A stretch of 64,000 nucleotides of DNA, from assembly GCA_040954595.2 (NCBI GenBank), contig CM082595.2, positions 2,048,635 through 2,112,634 of the forward strand, given 5' to 3'. This DNA comes from Balanoglossus misakiensis. Taxonomy: Eukaryota; Animalia; Hemichordata. Of the stretch, positions 25,101 to 37,900 are shown one piece after another (positions within the stretch are counted from its first letter, which is position 1; the number at the start of each line of letters is the position of its first letter). The notes below the pieces were generated by a model that was not told the origin of the DNA, did no database searches, and was given only the letters and a program-made list of their open reading frames with translations. Both the position numbers and the translations under genes were made by a program.

Positions 25101-28100
25101 TATACAGTAGTACGTGCAGTCGTAAGTTTCCTGTAGTAATTTCAAGGTTTTCCTTAAAAAAAAGGATCCCCCATCGTGTATGTAACAACATCCTGTATCC
25201 ATTACCAAGGCTAAAATTAATTGAGGAAAAAAATTGCCAAAAATTTTAATGTATTTTCCATTTTTTTGTCTGTTTGATGTTCATGAAAAGTTCCTGTAAG
25301 AGTAAAGTAAGTGTTGTCCCTCATTATGGTATGTACTAGCTGTCATGTTAAGTTTTTCCTCCAATGGTCAACAAGGCTCTCTCTTTCTATCTTTCCCTCT
25401 CTCTATATATTTAAATTTGCTACATAATTGCTGACAACTTTGTCATTTTATTTTCAAATCAATGCAGAATGACAGTGGGTGCTCTACAGGTTGTTAATAT
25501 TGACTTAATTGGACGCTTGCTAAGACTGTCAACAGTAGATTTGTAGAATAGTTGACCGTGTCAAGGTGAATGCACTTAAACCGTTAAGTCACCCAGGTCA
25601 ATGCACGGTGTAAACATACACACAGTACCTGGTACAGGTATACAATGAACTTTTAACAACCGTTGTACTTGAACCGTTAACTTACAATTTGCAATTCAAG
25701 TGTTTGTAATGGGGTTCAATTACAAGGATGTTAATTCAGCCAATCATGTATGAACATGCACCTAGTGAGTCTTCTAACCTGATATATGGTTGATCGAGCC
25801 AGCATTCAGTGCTTTTGGCCATTGGGTATAAGGATGCAAAAGACACCTACATGTTACCTGTGTACATGTATATGTTTCTTAAACTTGAAGCCCCAGGAAC
25901 TTCAACTCTTGGCTATTTTTTCAGTATAAACTCCACTTTGGTAATTGGCCAGTTTGCTGTATGGGCAGCCCGCTGAGAATACCAGTATTTATCATTTTTA
26001 AATGACTTCCAGAATTCAGAACACCTCGTTCAATTGCAATACAATTCACCGTCAAAGTGTTAAACCGTTACAGTTCAAATATTTTTCTTTCTGCAATGCA
26101 CTGGTTTTTTCACAGGAAGTTTAGCAGTCTGTGTACATTACTTCTGTCTTGGTTCACTCCTCTCCTTTAATTGACATGACTCATACTGCAAGACAGAAAG
26201 TAGGTCAGGATAGACTTCTAACATATTCATATTTGGTGCCCTAGATGTACTTATGAGCAATCTGATTAAAATCAGATGTAGAGTTAGGACCAATCTTTAC
26301 CTTTGGTGATTCTTGGCTGTTCTGTTAGGAAGGGATGGCCACACTCCAGTAGTGTGGCGCTTACATACAGTGAACAGAACAGAACGATCACACCAAAGGT
26401 AAAGACAGCGCCTAACTCTACATCTGTTTTTAATCAGATTGATTTTTGAGCCTCATAACAGATTTTCACTGGCCATGTGGAGAAAATGGTCCACCACATG
26501 GTCACCACAAAACTTTATAAATTAGATATGTTTTATTAGGGTTTCGAGACCAGAGGGGTCTCGAAACCCTCTTGAAATCGTGTTGTTTTTTATTATTATT
26601 ATTCTTCTTCCCACTATTAAAAACAGCCGCTATTCGAAGACCGTTGCACCCAATGACTTGAAATTTGGCTCATAGGTAAAACTCAAAGCAAGTAATTTTC
26701 TGATCATGTCACTATGGCAACAGGTCACATGACCTGGCAGCCATATTGGATTTAAACTTTTAAATTGGTCTAATTTGCATAAAAAATGAAGAATCCAAAT
26801 TCTGTTCAGAAACTTTGTGGACCATATGGCCAGGGTCCTATATGCCAAATTTCAATGTCTAAGTCCTTGCCGATTTTGAGGAGATGATTTTTAAAGCATT
26901 ATTTTTCATATTTTCCATGACCATTGGACCCAGCCATTGGCCTATACTTTCCATGGTTAAGCTATGGCCCCCTAGGATTTTAGATTTATGCCCAAGATCT
27001 CAACATCCGCTGGGCTGATCAGCTTCAAATTTTGTGTGCAGCTAGCCTACCTTCCGACAATCAGTTCCAACTGGAAAAAATAATATGAAAAATCGACCGA
27101 TTTTTTTATATTAATTTTTTTATGAAATCTATACCTATACTTAGGCTGCATTCACAAACACCTCTGGAGGGGGGGGCGGGAGAATTCAATTTTTTTTACC
27201 GCTAATTTTCACATGCCCCCCTTCCGAACTGCCAATATTTTCAAATCCCCCCTTCCGAACTGCCAAAATTTTGAAATCCCCCCCCCCCATTTTCTTTCAC
27301 AGAGCAAAACACATCACCTATCTATCTTGTAAAAAGAAAAACAGCGCTCCCATGAAAAGAATTTGAAACTGATGTTTCCCCTCATCAGTGGGTATTAAAA
27401 CTGAACATTGTTTTTATTTTTTAAGTACATATATTTGTATTCTGTGTTGGGAGACATTGTAAACCGAGAATTGAAGGGGGTGGGTTTGGGAGGGGGTATC
27501 CCCCTCCCACGTAAGAAAATTTTCTAAAATACAGAGCTCAAAGCTGCATTTTAATGAACCCGGCAAAAGCAAATTAACTCAACTACCGGTATGTTGGGGT
27601 CCAGGGGAGGACAAATTTAACCGTCGCCGCTCAAAGTTATCATGGGGTGGGGCAAGTCCCCTGACCTGGGACACTAGATAAACCAGTCAATGATTGAAAG
27701 GTGTTGATGAATGGAGGGGGTGGGTGTGGGAGGGGGTGTCCCCCTCCCACATTAGAAAATTTTGTAAAATAAAGGGCGCGAAACTGCATTTTTGTGGACT
27801 CAAAATAAATATTTAGTCGTTAAAGTTTTCAAGTCCCCCCCCTTTCAGTCCCTAAATTATTTCAAATCCCCCCCTTACATACCCTCAATTTTTTCAAATC
27901 CCCCCCCTCAATTCTCCCGCCCCCCCCCTCCAGAGGTGTTTGTGAATGCAGCCTTATTCCACTATACTTAAGCTATGGCCACATCTTTTTGTAGAATTCT
28001 GGTCAGTGCAATAGTCCTATCGGCTATTGTGCAGCATAGGACCAAAATAAGAAGCCAAATTTAAGGCTCACCTGTGACACCTGCTTAACTCATTAACTAT

Positions 28101-31100
28101 TTGCATACCTAATTCCAGGCAAACCAATAGGGCTACAGGTCTGGTTTTTGTCAGAAATGGATCAGTATGGGGTCAATTTTTTTCCCCAAATTTTGGGTGA
28201 CCTTGGGTGACCTTTGACCTACTTTCGCATATCTCAGCATCCAGAGCAGGTACAGCTTAGGTGTTTGGGTGGATGGGACCAAAATAAGAAGCCAAATTTA
28301 AGGCTCACCTGTGACACCTGCTTAACTCATTAACTATGTGCATACCTAATTCCAGGCAAACCAATAGGGCTACAGGTCTGGTTTTTGTCGGACATGGACC
28401 AGTATGGGGTCAAATTTCCCCCCCAAATTTTGGGTGACCTTGGGTGACCTTTGACCTACTTTCGCATACCTCAGCATCCAGAGCAGGTACAGCTTAGGTG
28501 TTTGGGTGGATGGGACCAAAATAAGAAGCCAAATTTAAGGCTCACCTGTGACACCTGCTTAACTCATTAACTATGTGCATACCTAATTCCAGGCAAACCA
28601 ATAGGGCTACAGGTCTGGTTTTTGTCGGACATGGACCAGTATGGGGACAAATTTTTTTCCCAAACTTTGGATGTTCTTGGGTGACCTTTGACCTACTTTC
28701 ACATATCTCGGCATCCAGAGCAGGTACAGCTTAGGTGTTTGGACAGACAGGACCAAAATAAGAAGCCAAATTTTAGAGTCACCTGTGACACCTGCCTAAC
28801 TCATTAATTATGTGCATACCTAATTCCAGGCAAACCAGTAGGGCTACAAGTCTGGTTTTTGTTGGACATGGACCAGTATAGCGTAACAATTTTCTGCTTA
28901 TATTAAGCGTGACCTCACGTGACCTTTGACCTACTTTTCGACATCTCAGCATCCACAGCACATACACCCTTGGCATTTGGAGTGATAGAACAACTAATGC
29001 AGTAATTAAATATGCACAAATCTATCTCCGATAGCGAACCAATAGGGCTAGTAGTGTCTCGAAACCCGCTTATTGCTGTTCACAGCTATATTATAAACAT
29101 GTATCAATCCTTTAAATGTTTTCTAAGCTCGTCACTGCACTTTCACTTTCATAGCCATGCATGTTTTTAAAATCACTTTAACCTTGGGACGGCTGACCCC
29201 ATCACCCTGAATTTTCCTGTAAGCACAAAGATCCCTTCCTCTGCATGTAACTCTAAATATTTATAAAATAGAGAAGTGATATGTTGTTCTAGAAAAGACG
29301 GAATCAACTTCTGTTTGGATACATTCATAACCTGTGACCTTTTGGAACTATAAATGACATTTCTGAACTTACTGGAATTGCACGAAACCACAATAAAACA
29401 TGACATATGACCCCACCTTGTCTACTTCAAAAAGAAACTAATTCTACTAATAAGAAATTTTCATCAAGACTCAAGTCAAAGGGTTACTGACAACAGTCAG
29501 CAAGTTTATACACACATTTATACTAAAACTATTATTTTTGTATAACTTTCGTACATATGCACACAAACACACACACACAGACATAGAAATTGAGTTTAAG
29601 TACTTTTATTAGTTTAACGTTTTTTTTATATGGAAGGCAAACATGTACAAAGATGGTTACGGTTGATTTGAAAGTCATTTTCAGGGTCTCGTAACACAGT
29701 GCATAGATGAGTTCACTTTGTAGGGCATATATCCGCCTTCTATCGCAAACCAAAACACAGAGATGAAGAGTGGTCGGTTTGTTCCTAACAAGGCTGACAT
29801 TTGGCAAGAGGCATCTGGAACATTACCTCAGGCTAATGGCATTCTGACCACAAAGCCCTTCTCCCAAAATGACCAACTTCCGACAGCTTCTGGTCATCGG
29901 TCAACGCTGTTTTAACAGACCATGGACTCAGTTGACAGAGTTCGGCTTCATGGACTGCAAAGCCAGGCACAGCGAGACGATACTTGATTATTTTTCTTAT
30001 TTGTCATAATCCCAAAACAGCAACATTGCCTTGCTGCCCTTCTTAACCCTTTCACCCCCAGTTCCCTCTGTAGTGGTCCAACTTCACCATGGAAAATAAT
30101 GGATTTGGACAAAACCATGGTGGTGAAAAGGTTAATGCTAAGCCACAAAATGTCATGTAGCCATGTTTGCTGTACAACTAAGTTTTGGAGCAAAGTGGAC
30201 AAAATACGGCTAGATACTAGACTATCTTAGCACCGTTGTTAACTTTGAAGCAGAACATCATTCCACAGATAAATCTGAGGATACAAGTAATTAACTTTAT
30301 TCAAGGTGATACAACAAGATAGTCAGAAAACTAATCTTAGGTTTGATCAGTTTACCTGATAGCTGATAACCTAATTAAATTAACCCCAGTTCAACCAGAT
30401 GATACCAGCTTTAGTATGAACAAATGGGGATTTTGAATTGATGTAAGAATACCTGTTCAAAGAAGAATGATTTCAGGGCAGTGTAGCTTCAGTTTATTGA
30501 AAGTGTTTGGGTTTGTAGTGGCTCTGAACATGTGGAGACACTTGCAGACGATTGTTATCATTCATGGCTCCTGGAGGTTACTGCAGACTGATTACCGCTG
30601 GTAGCTGAGCAAACTGTATGGAAGTAATCTGCAAGGATGTTTCCATGGGGATTAATAGCTGGAGGGGGGTCTATGTAGCTATCATGAGACAACAGAGTGA
30701 ATACTTAGCAAAGAATAAGATGGCACCTGAGACAATGATGAAAACACTATGGTGAGCCATCATTGTTAACAAGAAAAACACACACTGCAAAACCCAAAAG
30801 TGAAAATAAGAGCATACCAATGCAAAACTGATGAGTATGATGTTTGTTTTTAAATTGATGTTGTATGAGAAGAATAATGCAATCAAAACAACTGGTTAAA
30901 AAGTTGACCAAAGTGCCTAAATATATTCTACAGTTAGATATATTTCAGACTGAGTTTCATCTTAAAAAGAAACAGTTACACTCACTGTTGTGATTGTGTT
31001 TTCTTTGTTACTTGGCCTTGCAAGGTTTTTCCAATAGTGTCTTATTTGTTTGGCTGGAACAGTAACAATTAAAGTGAGACTGTTTGTATCGGAACCATGT

Positions 31101-32717
31101 GACCAAAACATGGTATCAAAAGTGAGGCAAGTTTTAATGTCACTTTTGCATAGTGTATAGTACTTTTGACTTGTCATAAATATTACTCTGCTTATAAATA
31201 AGAAGTCATACATGCCTAAATGATTTGCACCCCCATTCTTTAACCAAGATGCTGATCATGGAAAGGAAGAAAATATGGATAAATTGTGATGACATTTATG
31301 GCATAAACTTCATACAGACGTTAGAACTCAGCACATATTAGGGTCTAATCTGACTGTTGTTATCAAAAACACCCACTCAGGTACTGGTAACTACAATCAC
31401 TTCAATCACATTATCCTGTTTCAGTAGATAGGGTAATATTGATGATCCTTCAAAGGTCAAAGGTCAACACACTATATACTTAAACAATTTTGAAACTGTA
31501 CCTACCTAGTAACTTCAAGAACTTATTCTTATAAGAAATAAGAACTTCTTATAATAAATAAGAATTTCTCATTTCTTATAAGAAATTCTCATTTCTAAAT
31601 GGGACCACCGTGTCCTTGACGCGATTTTTATTTGTTTGGACTTGCACAAGAATTTAGTGTATTTAAACAGAGCCAGTTATCAACACATTAAAATGATTAC
31701 TCTGGTGTCAAAACATAGCTGTAGAATTCTCAAGATTTTTAAAACGATTGTCATACTGAGTCACACCTTTCTTGTCTTAAAAGTAGTTTGTTATGCAGTA
31801 TCTTTTTCTCAAAAGTTTTCACTTTAATGAAGTAGAATTTATTACTAGCATCAAGTGAGATTTTTGAGCAATATTGTCAAGTTATTTTGTGTCAGAGTTA
31901 TTTTGTGTGTTTTCTGAAGGATTTTGTACAGCTTTCGTACACTTTATTTCGTGTACATTTCAATGTATTATGCGCGCGTAGACGCAGCTACAGCGCGCGC
32001 TGGACACGTAAAGTACTCGACCAAAGATATACATATACACATTGAAAATTTAACAATAACTTTGTTCGGTTAAGTCACCAACCAGGAAAAAGTCTGTCAT
32101 AATATTCTATTTGTTGTACACGAAGCTTATCAGCTGTGGTGTTCGTTAGGTAACACTTCTGTCGGTCTCTTTTGTAAATAATACCCTCTTTTCAGTGGCT
32201 GTGTCAATACACAGTGAATGCATTGTTCACAACCAGGGCAGAAACTGTTCACTGTTTAGTTGCACTGTTTGGTGTCCAACGAAAGACGGAAACCTTATGT
32301 TTTTTCTTTAGGGAATTCGTTCAGAATACACGTGGATCCGATCAGAAACACGTTCCAACATCAACCCAGATACACGTATAGTCCATTTCGTTCGTATATT
32401 GTCAATTTCCAGACGGGAAATGTCAATTACACACAGTGCGCGCGTAGATGAAAGCGACATTTAGACACGGACACGGGACAGCGTCAAATGGAATGTGATT
32501 GTGAACATATATAAAACCATATGAAAGAGAGAAGTATCGGACTGTACCAAAATTGCAGTCCAAATTCCTTGTCGGGACACCGCATGATTCATAATTGGAC
32601 GTTCGCGCCGGACGATACACCACGCTGTGTTGTAAATTGATATCACAGGGCGCGAACAGAGTACACCACTCGATCATACAAAACAAAGCTCGACTTACCA
32701 TCAAGTTTCTGATCCAT
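7160..32717 (-). CDS. AFAP1: Actin filament-associated protein 1 family adaptor (AFAP1/AFAP1L-like): N-terminal helical domain, Tyr motifs, two PH domains, coiled coil; about 900 aa
   Basis: Phase-consistent GT-AG exons: 32717-32699 (MDQKLD; alternative start exon 24664-24634), 21754-21575 (ALENLLPGLVEYFQNVLASEKLS), 21449-21362, 19134-18698 (NFYEEPVP), 18335-18263 (YDSDASGSYEGYESDE, like the AFAP SDAMSSSYESYDEE motif), 18082-17698 (PH1, QWAKRFCIVR...WLD), 17495-17291, 17066-16899, 16697-16471 (PH2, GYLNI...WNKFWC), 16147-15947, [15873-15850 optional], 15329-15246, 13920-13812, 8101-7915, 7815-7497, 7183-7160. Ends VLQRAKMWESMGK*, like the AFAP C-terminus VL.KAKEWE. Family-level call; the vertebrate paralogue cannot be specified. 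Confidence 0.85.
18186..18199 (-). promoter_or_regulatory. CTCF consensus motif (intronic)
   Basis: Minus strand reads CCACCAGGTGGCGC, an exact match to the CTCF core consensus. Confidence 0.45.
18368..18441. mobile_element. Fragment of a Tc1/mariner-type MITE end
   Basis: CAGTCAAACCTGT followed by three copies of TAGTGGCCAC. This terminal-plus-subterminal layout is typical of such MITEs, but no partner end was found. Confidence 0.4.
23027..23950. mobile_element. Two partial copies of one MITE-like family (about 23027-23216 and 23777-23950)
   Basis: About 130-bp diverged direct repeat (ttagtttt..cccttctttt..., tgttaggacagcacactg...tatagcattgactgta). The end of copy 1 (gcataaggcgatcgtc..cctctaa) is the inverse of the start of copy 2 (ttaagggagcgacgatc..cttatgc), consistent with TIRs. 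Confidence 0.5.
26258..26441. mobile_element. Foldback/MITE of about 184 bp with about 50-bp imperfect terminal inverted repeats
   Basis: caatctgattaaaatcagatgtagagttagg...ctttacctttggtg pairs with caccaaaggtaaag...cctaactctacatctgtttttaatcagattg. Confidence 0.75.
27144..27953. mobile_element. PIF/Harbinger (Tourist-like) MITE, 810 bp, nested in the Helentron-like element
   Basis: About 43-bp TIRs GGCTGCATTCACAAACACCTCTGGAGGGGGGGGGCGGGAGAATT; TTA duplicated on both sides (27141-27143 and 27954-27956); internal subrepeats. Confidence 0.85.
28039..28990 (+). repeat. 237-bp tandem repeat, 4 copies
   Basis: GGACCAAAATAAGAAGCCAAATTT starts at 28039, 28276, 28513 and 28750. Confidence 0.95.
30043..30135. 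mobile_element. 93-bp TTAA-flanked MITE (piggyBac-like ends)
   Basis: TTAACCCTTTCACC...GGTGAAAAGGTTAA. Related copies at 35277-35369 and 45609-45696; inverted partial copies at about 19650-19703 and 37881-37929. Confidence 0.7.
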
Positions 32718-33214
32718 TTTGTGAAGGTGAAACTAGACTCCTGTGCCCCTGTGTCACATGGGCTCCGCACATTCAGAGAAACATTTTAAGTATCAGAAAA
32801 ACGCATAGAATCCAGTCAGGAATGTGCCCTTTTCGTTAACTCTCGGCAGCGGAGGGCCTCATAAAGATCATCGAGCAAGAAGTGAAGTTTATACAAGACG
32901 TTTCACTTTCAGTCGAGCACCCTGCAAAAATAATATCTAGCTCTTCCCGACTTCAAATGTAATTGAAAGTGATGCACTGATGTAAAACTATACAAATCGC
33001 AACAAAAATGTAAGCTTCTTCCGGCAAACTCCGAATAGCCACTACTTCCCTTGTTTCTTTCTAATCTTGACCGTCCCACAAGAGCAAATGTTTTCCTTTC
33101 CAAGATCTAGAGATAGAGATTTGACCAATCAAGAGCTGTCTATCATATAGTTCACTGTCAATGTAAAGTTTGTTTTGATTCGTCAAAAGTTTTGAGCGCA
33201 GGTATAAAACTTAC

Positions 33215-33521
33215 TCATGTTCTACGGGTCATGAATTTTACATTTGTAAAGATATATTTTTCACATGAAGAACCAACGACGCATTTTCTTCCAAACTTAG
33301 AAGAAAGAAAAGGAAATACGAAAATCGTACACGTTTTTGTCTTTGGTGAGAGGTGAGGGCGCGCGACTTGCGCAAACGCCTGCGTGCCTGCCACTTCCGC
33401 GTGCACAAAATGGCGCCGTCCATTCAAAGTTGGTTGGCGTATTTCAAGGCATAAAAACGAGCGATATTGCAGAAAATAGGCATACTTGGCGACTTCCAAG
33501 GAAACTACTGTGAACCGAACG
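33215..33521. promoter_or_regulatory. Bidirectional promoter shared by the AFAP1-like gene (-) and ELYS (+)
   Basis: CpG-rich patch with ETS-type CACTTCCG (about 33392-33399) and YY1-type AAAATGGCG (about 33407-33415). It is flanked by divergent donors: minus A|GTAAGT at 33215/33214 and plus CG|GTAAGG at 33521/33522. Confidence 0.65.
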
Positions 33522-34387
33522 GTAAGGTTAACCCATCATATTGTCCGATCGCATTTACGTGGTCTCGATTGCTTGTGGGCGACTTTTTCGAGACCCACGT
33601 GAGGGGAGATGATGGTTACCGGTGCCATTGCATTGTGATAAAACTGTGTTTACATGGCCGGAGAATTTACAAGTTGTAATCCTGATGATCCAGATTGTCG
33701 CGCTAAACTGTCATACCGAGATATACGAAAGTGCAAGTAATCGGCCTCGTGTAATTTACCCAACACACCTCAGCAAACCATATAATGTGCAGTGAACTTG
33801 ACCAACGGCCATGTTGACTGATACCATGGTAACATTGCTATGGCAATGTCATCAATAGTGTGTGTCTTATGGAATACTATTACGGGTTTGCGGGTTTGGT
33901 AGGGTTTCATACCATTTACTGAAGAAAACTCGCAGACACTGACAATGTACACCTTCCATTATGAACTGAATTGTAATATTTCCAAGAACACGGCGTTCTC
34001 CATCAGTTACTATGTCAACAAGATGCGGACAAAGGGCTATCCTTATAGGGTCAACTCCAGGTCAACGACTTACGTAAATTGTGTGACGTCTCTATGTTCC
34101 AAGAATGCAGAGCGTCATTGACCAATCACAAGTGTTGTGGTCCACCAGCTTCATGTGTGGGGAAAGTAATTGACCAATCAGAATCATCAGGGTCTAAATT
34201 AGCCAAACAGTGACAATTGACAATCAATATCCCAGTCAGACAGCCAAGCCCTTATTTGCATATGATTATAAAGTGTGGGTGTTAATTTACAGTGCCTGAG
34301 TTGTTAGGTAAGATAAAATAATTGTATTTTTGGGCATGAAAACTATATTTTAATACTCTACAGTTTGACTGCAAAAGATATCAAAAG

Positions 34388-34922
34388 ATGAAGACAGAAC
34401 AGACAGCAAACTACACCTCAAAGCTGGTAGCTTTTAACAATGCCAGCATCAAGGCTCTGGAAAGTGACGTCAATGATTTTGGCAGTGAATCCATCTTTGG
34501 TGGAACGTGCAGAGGTAAGATGGGACATGTGTGTCACAGTGTGTGATGTGTTTCTTTCATATAATGAGTTATCTGCAACCTTATTTATTCCTCCAGAAAA
34601 AAATACAATACAACCAAAGGATGATTTAAAACTTATAAAATACAATTTTCTTGGCAGGTGGAAAATGGGCGTGGCTGGTCCGAGGCCAATCATTAGAGGT
34701 TGTTCACTCATCAAGTGGGGAAAGACAAGCAGCGTGGTGTTTCGGGGGAGATGATAAAGCCAGAATAACATGCGTCAAGGAATACAACTTTAACAATTGT
34801 ACCAAACTGTTAGTGGGTTTGCAATTGGGATCTGAAGGAATGCTGTGTCTCTTTAACCCCAATACTTCGAGGGTCACCATGGCAGTGAACATCCCTCATA
34901 AGGTAGGTTACCATGGTGGCAA

Positions 34923-34954
<32 letters not shown>

Positions 34955-37900
34955 AATTAATCAGCATTTGTATGTTTCCCATTCTCCAGGTAACCTCAGT
35001 TGAGCCAATCACAAATCTTGGTGGTATAGGAGCTCCAAACTACATGCTGTCTCCACATTTACAGCTGTATTTTGGCATTGTTGCCGTGGGAACAGGAAGA
35101 GGCTATGTGTATTTAATTGACATGAGATTAGATGAGGTCGGTGCACTTTCAGACGAGACTGCTCCATCAGGCATTCAGCTGATCTCTGTCAAGTCACAAG
35201 ACGTTGCACAGAGTCGATTAAACGCCGCAAGACGAGGAGAACACCTTGCAATGTTGTTAGATGGTGAGTGACACATTTAACCCTCTCACCCCCAGTTCCC
35301 TCTTTAGAGGTCCAATCTAACCATAGAAAGCACTGGGTTTGGACTAAACCATGGTGGTGAAAGGGTTAACCCATTGTTGAAGTTATAAGACATTTTTATC
35401 CCAGTGATTTGTAACGTGCATTGTCTCTCCCCTCATACTACCACACAGAGCGCAGTCACAAGAGAAGTTCCTTCAATTTCCGGGACCAAGATGGTGAAAC
35501 ACTTCGCAGTTACTACGCTTCTGAGGTGGATGTGACTTCGCTGTCTTTCGTTAAACAGATTGGCAGTCTTGCCGTTGGATTTAGCTTTGGATGCTTTCAG
35601 ATTTGGGATCTAATTGGACCATTATTAGAGTAAGACAGTTTTACAATCTCTAAGCACCCTTGATGATGTCCAGTAATTTTCAATCACCAAGTGTTTTTAA
35701 GTTCATCAGTTTCAAAATATGACATGTGCCTAAATAGTGCAACAAAATGTATTCTCACAAACAGTGTGCTCTCTAATAAACGTAATTATTAAAAGCTTTG
35801 AGTCAATTTGAGTCAGCCCTATACCTTTGCATGTAGTGTGGATTATTTTCTGAGTCACCAGTGAGTTTGTTGAGTCAGTGGCACATCATGTTGGCTTAGA
35901 GGGAACACTGCTCACAAATACTGTAATGCTGAATTTCTGATCTTTTCGTTACAGCTATGCTAGTCCCCCAGAAAAGAATTCATCTGCAGTAACCAACTTT
36001 GCGTATCAAGAACCGGATGATGATCCGAGGTATTTCTGTTTCATGTGGGTGTGCAAGGGACCTGTATGCACGGATTCTAGGTGAGCCAAGTTTCTCTCCT
36101 GTCAGTAAATTTTGTAGTCTTTCTGGTTCGCACCCTGTTGAGTCGGGCATTTTACCTGTCAATTATTTTGTGCAAACAACAATCAAAAGACAATTTCAGC
36201 CAGTCACTTGATAACCAATTCTGTGTTTCCATTCCAGTCAAGATGTTCCAGTGTCATTGTATTTATTTCAACTCTCCTTTGATGAAAAACGACAGCATGA
36301 AAATCACGGACATCAATACAAGGTCAGTGTGATCTTCAAGCTTTCCCTGCTTTGTTTACGTACCAGTAGTGCATCAGCATGTACATGTACTTGCAGTCCT
36401 TCATTGTAGAATTGTAGATTCATTGCAAGATTTGGAATGTTGTTCAGTAACTATCATACCAGTTGTTGCTATTCAAAAACAGTGCAAAACATGGATCACT
36501 GGTGTCATGAGATGATGAGAAATATGTATGTTTAGAATCTCTTTTCAGTGAGCATTTCCAAGTAAAGCAGTTATTCCTATATGGTCCCATATGTGTGGTC
36601 CTAAGACTGGTGATACTAGTATTAAATAATTGTAAAATATTTTATTTCTGACAACTTTCAGGGTTTGCATGACTGCACACCACGGTTCATTCACAATGTA
36701 ACGAGCGACGTGTATTGCACCGATGCCAGCAGTTCTGTTGGTAGTCGTATCTTCTCATGTTATACTTTGGAGAATGAATTCCCGGTTGACATGCTGAAAC
36801 AAGAAGATTCATTGATAGAAGATACTGGTTAGTATTGTCTGTACAGTTGGTGTGTCTGGCTTAGAAATCAGATTAATCTGGTGTCTTAATAAATTGAGTT
36901 TTAGATAGGGAATTAACCACAGCGAGGTTCTTAGATAGGGAATTAACCACAGCGAGGTTCTTAGATAGGGAATTAATCACAGCGAGGTTCTTAGATAGGG
37001 AATAAACCACAGCGAGGTTCTTAGATAGGGAATAAACCACAGCGAGGTTCTTAGATAGGGAATAAACCACAGCGAGGTTCTTACATAGGGAATTAACCAC
37101 AGCGAGGTTCTTAGATAGGGAATTAATCACAGCGAGGTTCTTAGATAGGGAATTAACCACAGCGAGGTTCTTAGATAGGGAATTAACCACAGCGAGGTTC
37201 TTAGATAGGGAATTAACCACAGCGAGGTTCTTAGATAGGGAATTAACCACAGCGAGGTTCTTAGATAGGGAATTAACCACAGCGAGGTTCTTAGATAGGG
37301 AATTAATCACAGCGAGGTTCTTAGATAGGGAATTAACCACAGCGAGGTTCTTAGATAGGGAATTAACCACAGCGAGGTTCTTAGATAGGGAATTAACCAC
37401 AGCGAGGTTCTTAGATAGGGAATTAACCACAGCGAGGTTCTTAGATAGGGAATTAACCACAGCGAGGTTCTTAGATACATGTAGGTGAAATATGGAACAG
37501 ATCTCTACATGTTTATGTAATCATATTGAGAATGGCAAAGCAATAAAAAACAGCTATCTTTTGGGATATGTATCCTCATAGCTTCGCTGTCTATATCCTG
37601 ATAGAGAATGGCAAAGCAATAAAAACAGCTATCTTTTGGGATATTTATCCTCATAGCTTCGCTGTCTGTACCCTGATAGATAACATCGCTTTTTCTACAA
37701 CATTTCTAGGTAACAGAAAAGATCTCAGCCTGACACTTTTTGCATGGGAAGCTCCCTCTAGTGGTGCAGGATCACCAACCAGTTGTTTTCTAGGATTGTT
37801 TGATCTGAATCGCTGGTACCACGCGCAGATGCCGACATCAGTGAGGTGAGTAGTTATAAAATGAAAACAGACTTCCATGTTTAACCCCTTTTACAACCAT

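Larger units (their letters stand above)
26533..29092 (+). mobile_element. Non-autonomous Helentron-like (HINE/DINE-1-type) rolling-circle element
   Basis: 5' end TTATT plus hairpin AGGGTTTCGAGACC-n5-GGTCTCGAAACCCT (26538-26570) followed by (TTA)n. The 3' subterminal inverted copy GTCTCGAAACCC (29056-29067) is followed by a short stem-loop GCTG-TTCA-CAGC and TATATT. T-rich insertion site without a TSD; internal tandem repeats; no Rep/helicase ORF. Confidence 0.7.

Noticed and set aside
31523-31597. Repeated palindrome TTCTTATAAGAA
   Set aside because: Low-complexity AT-rich slippage product with no supporting structure.
36873-37460. 195-aa ORF of VVNSLSKNLA repeats; also a superficially CRISPR-like array
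   Set aside because: Translation of a 30-bp minisatellite. There are no unique spacers or cas genes, and the context is a eukaryotic intron.
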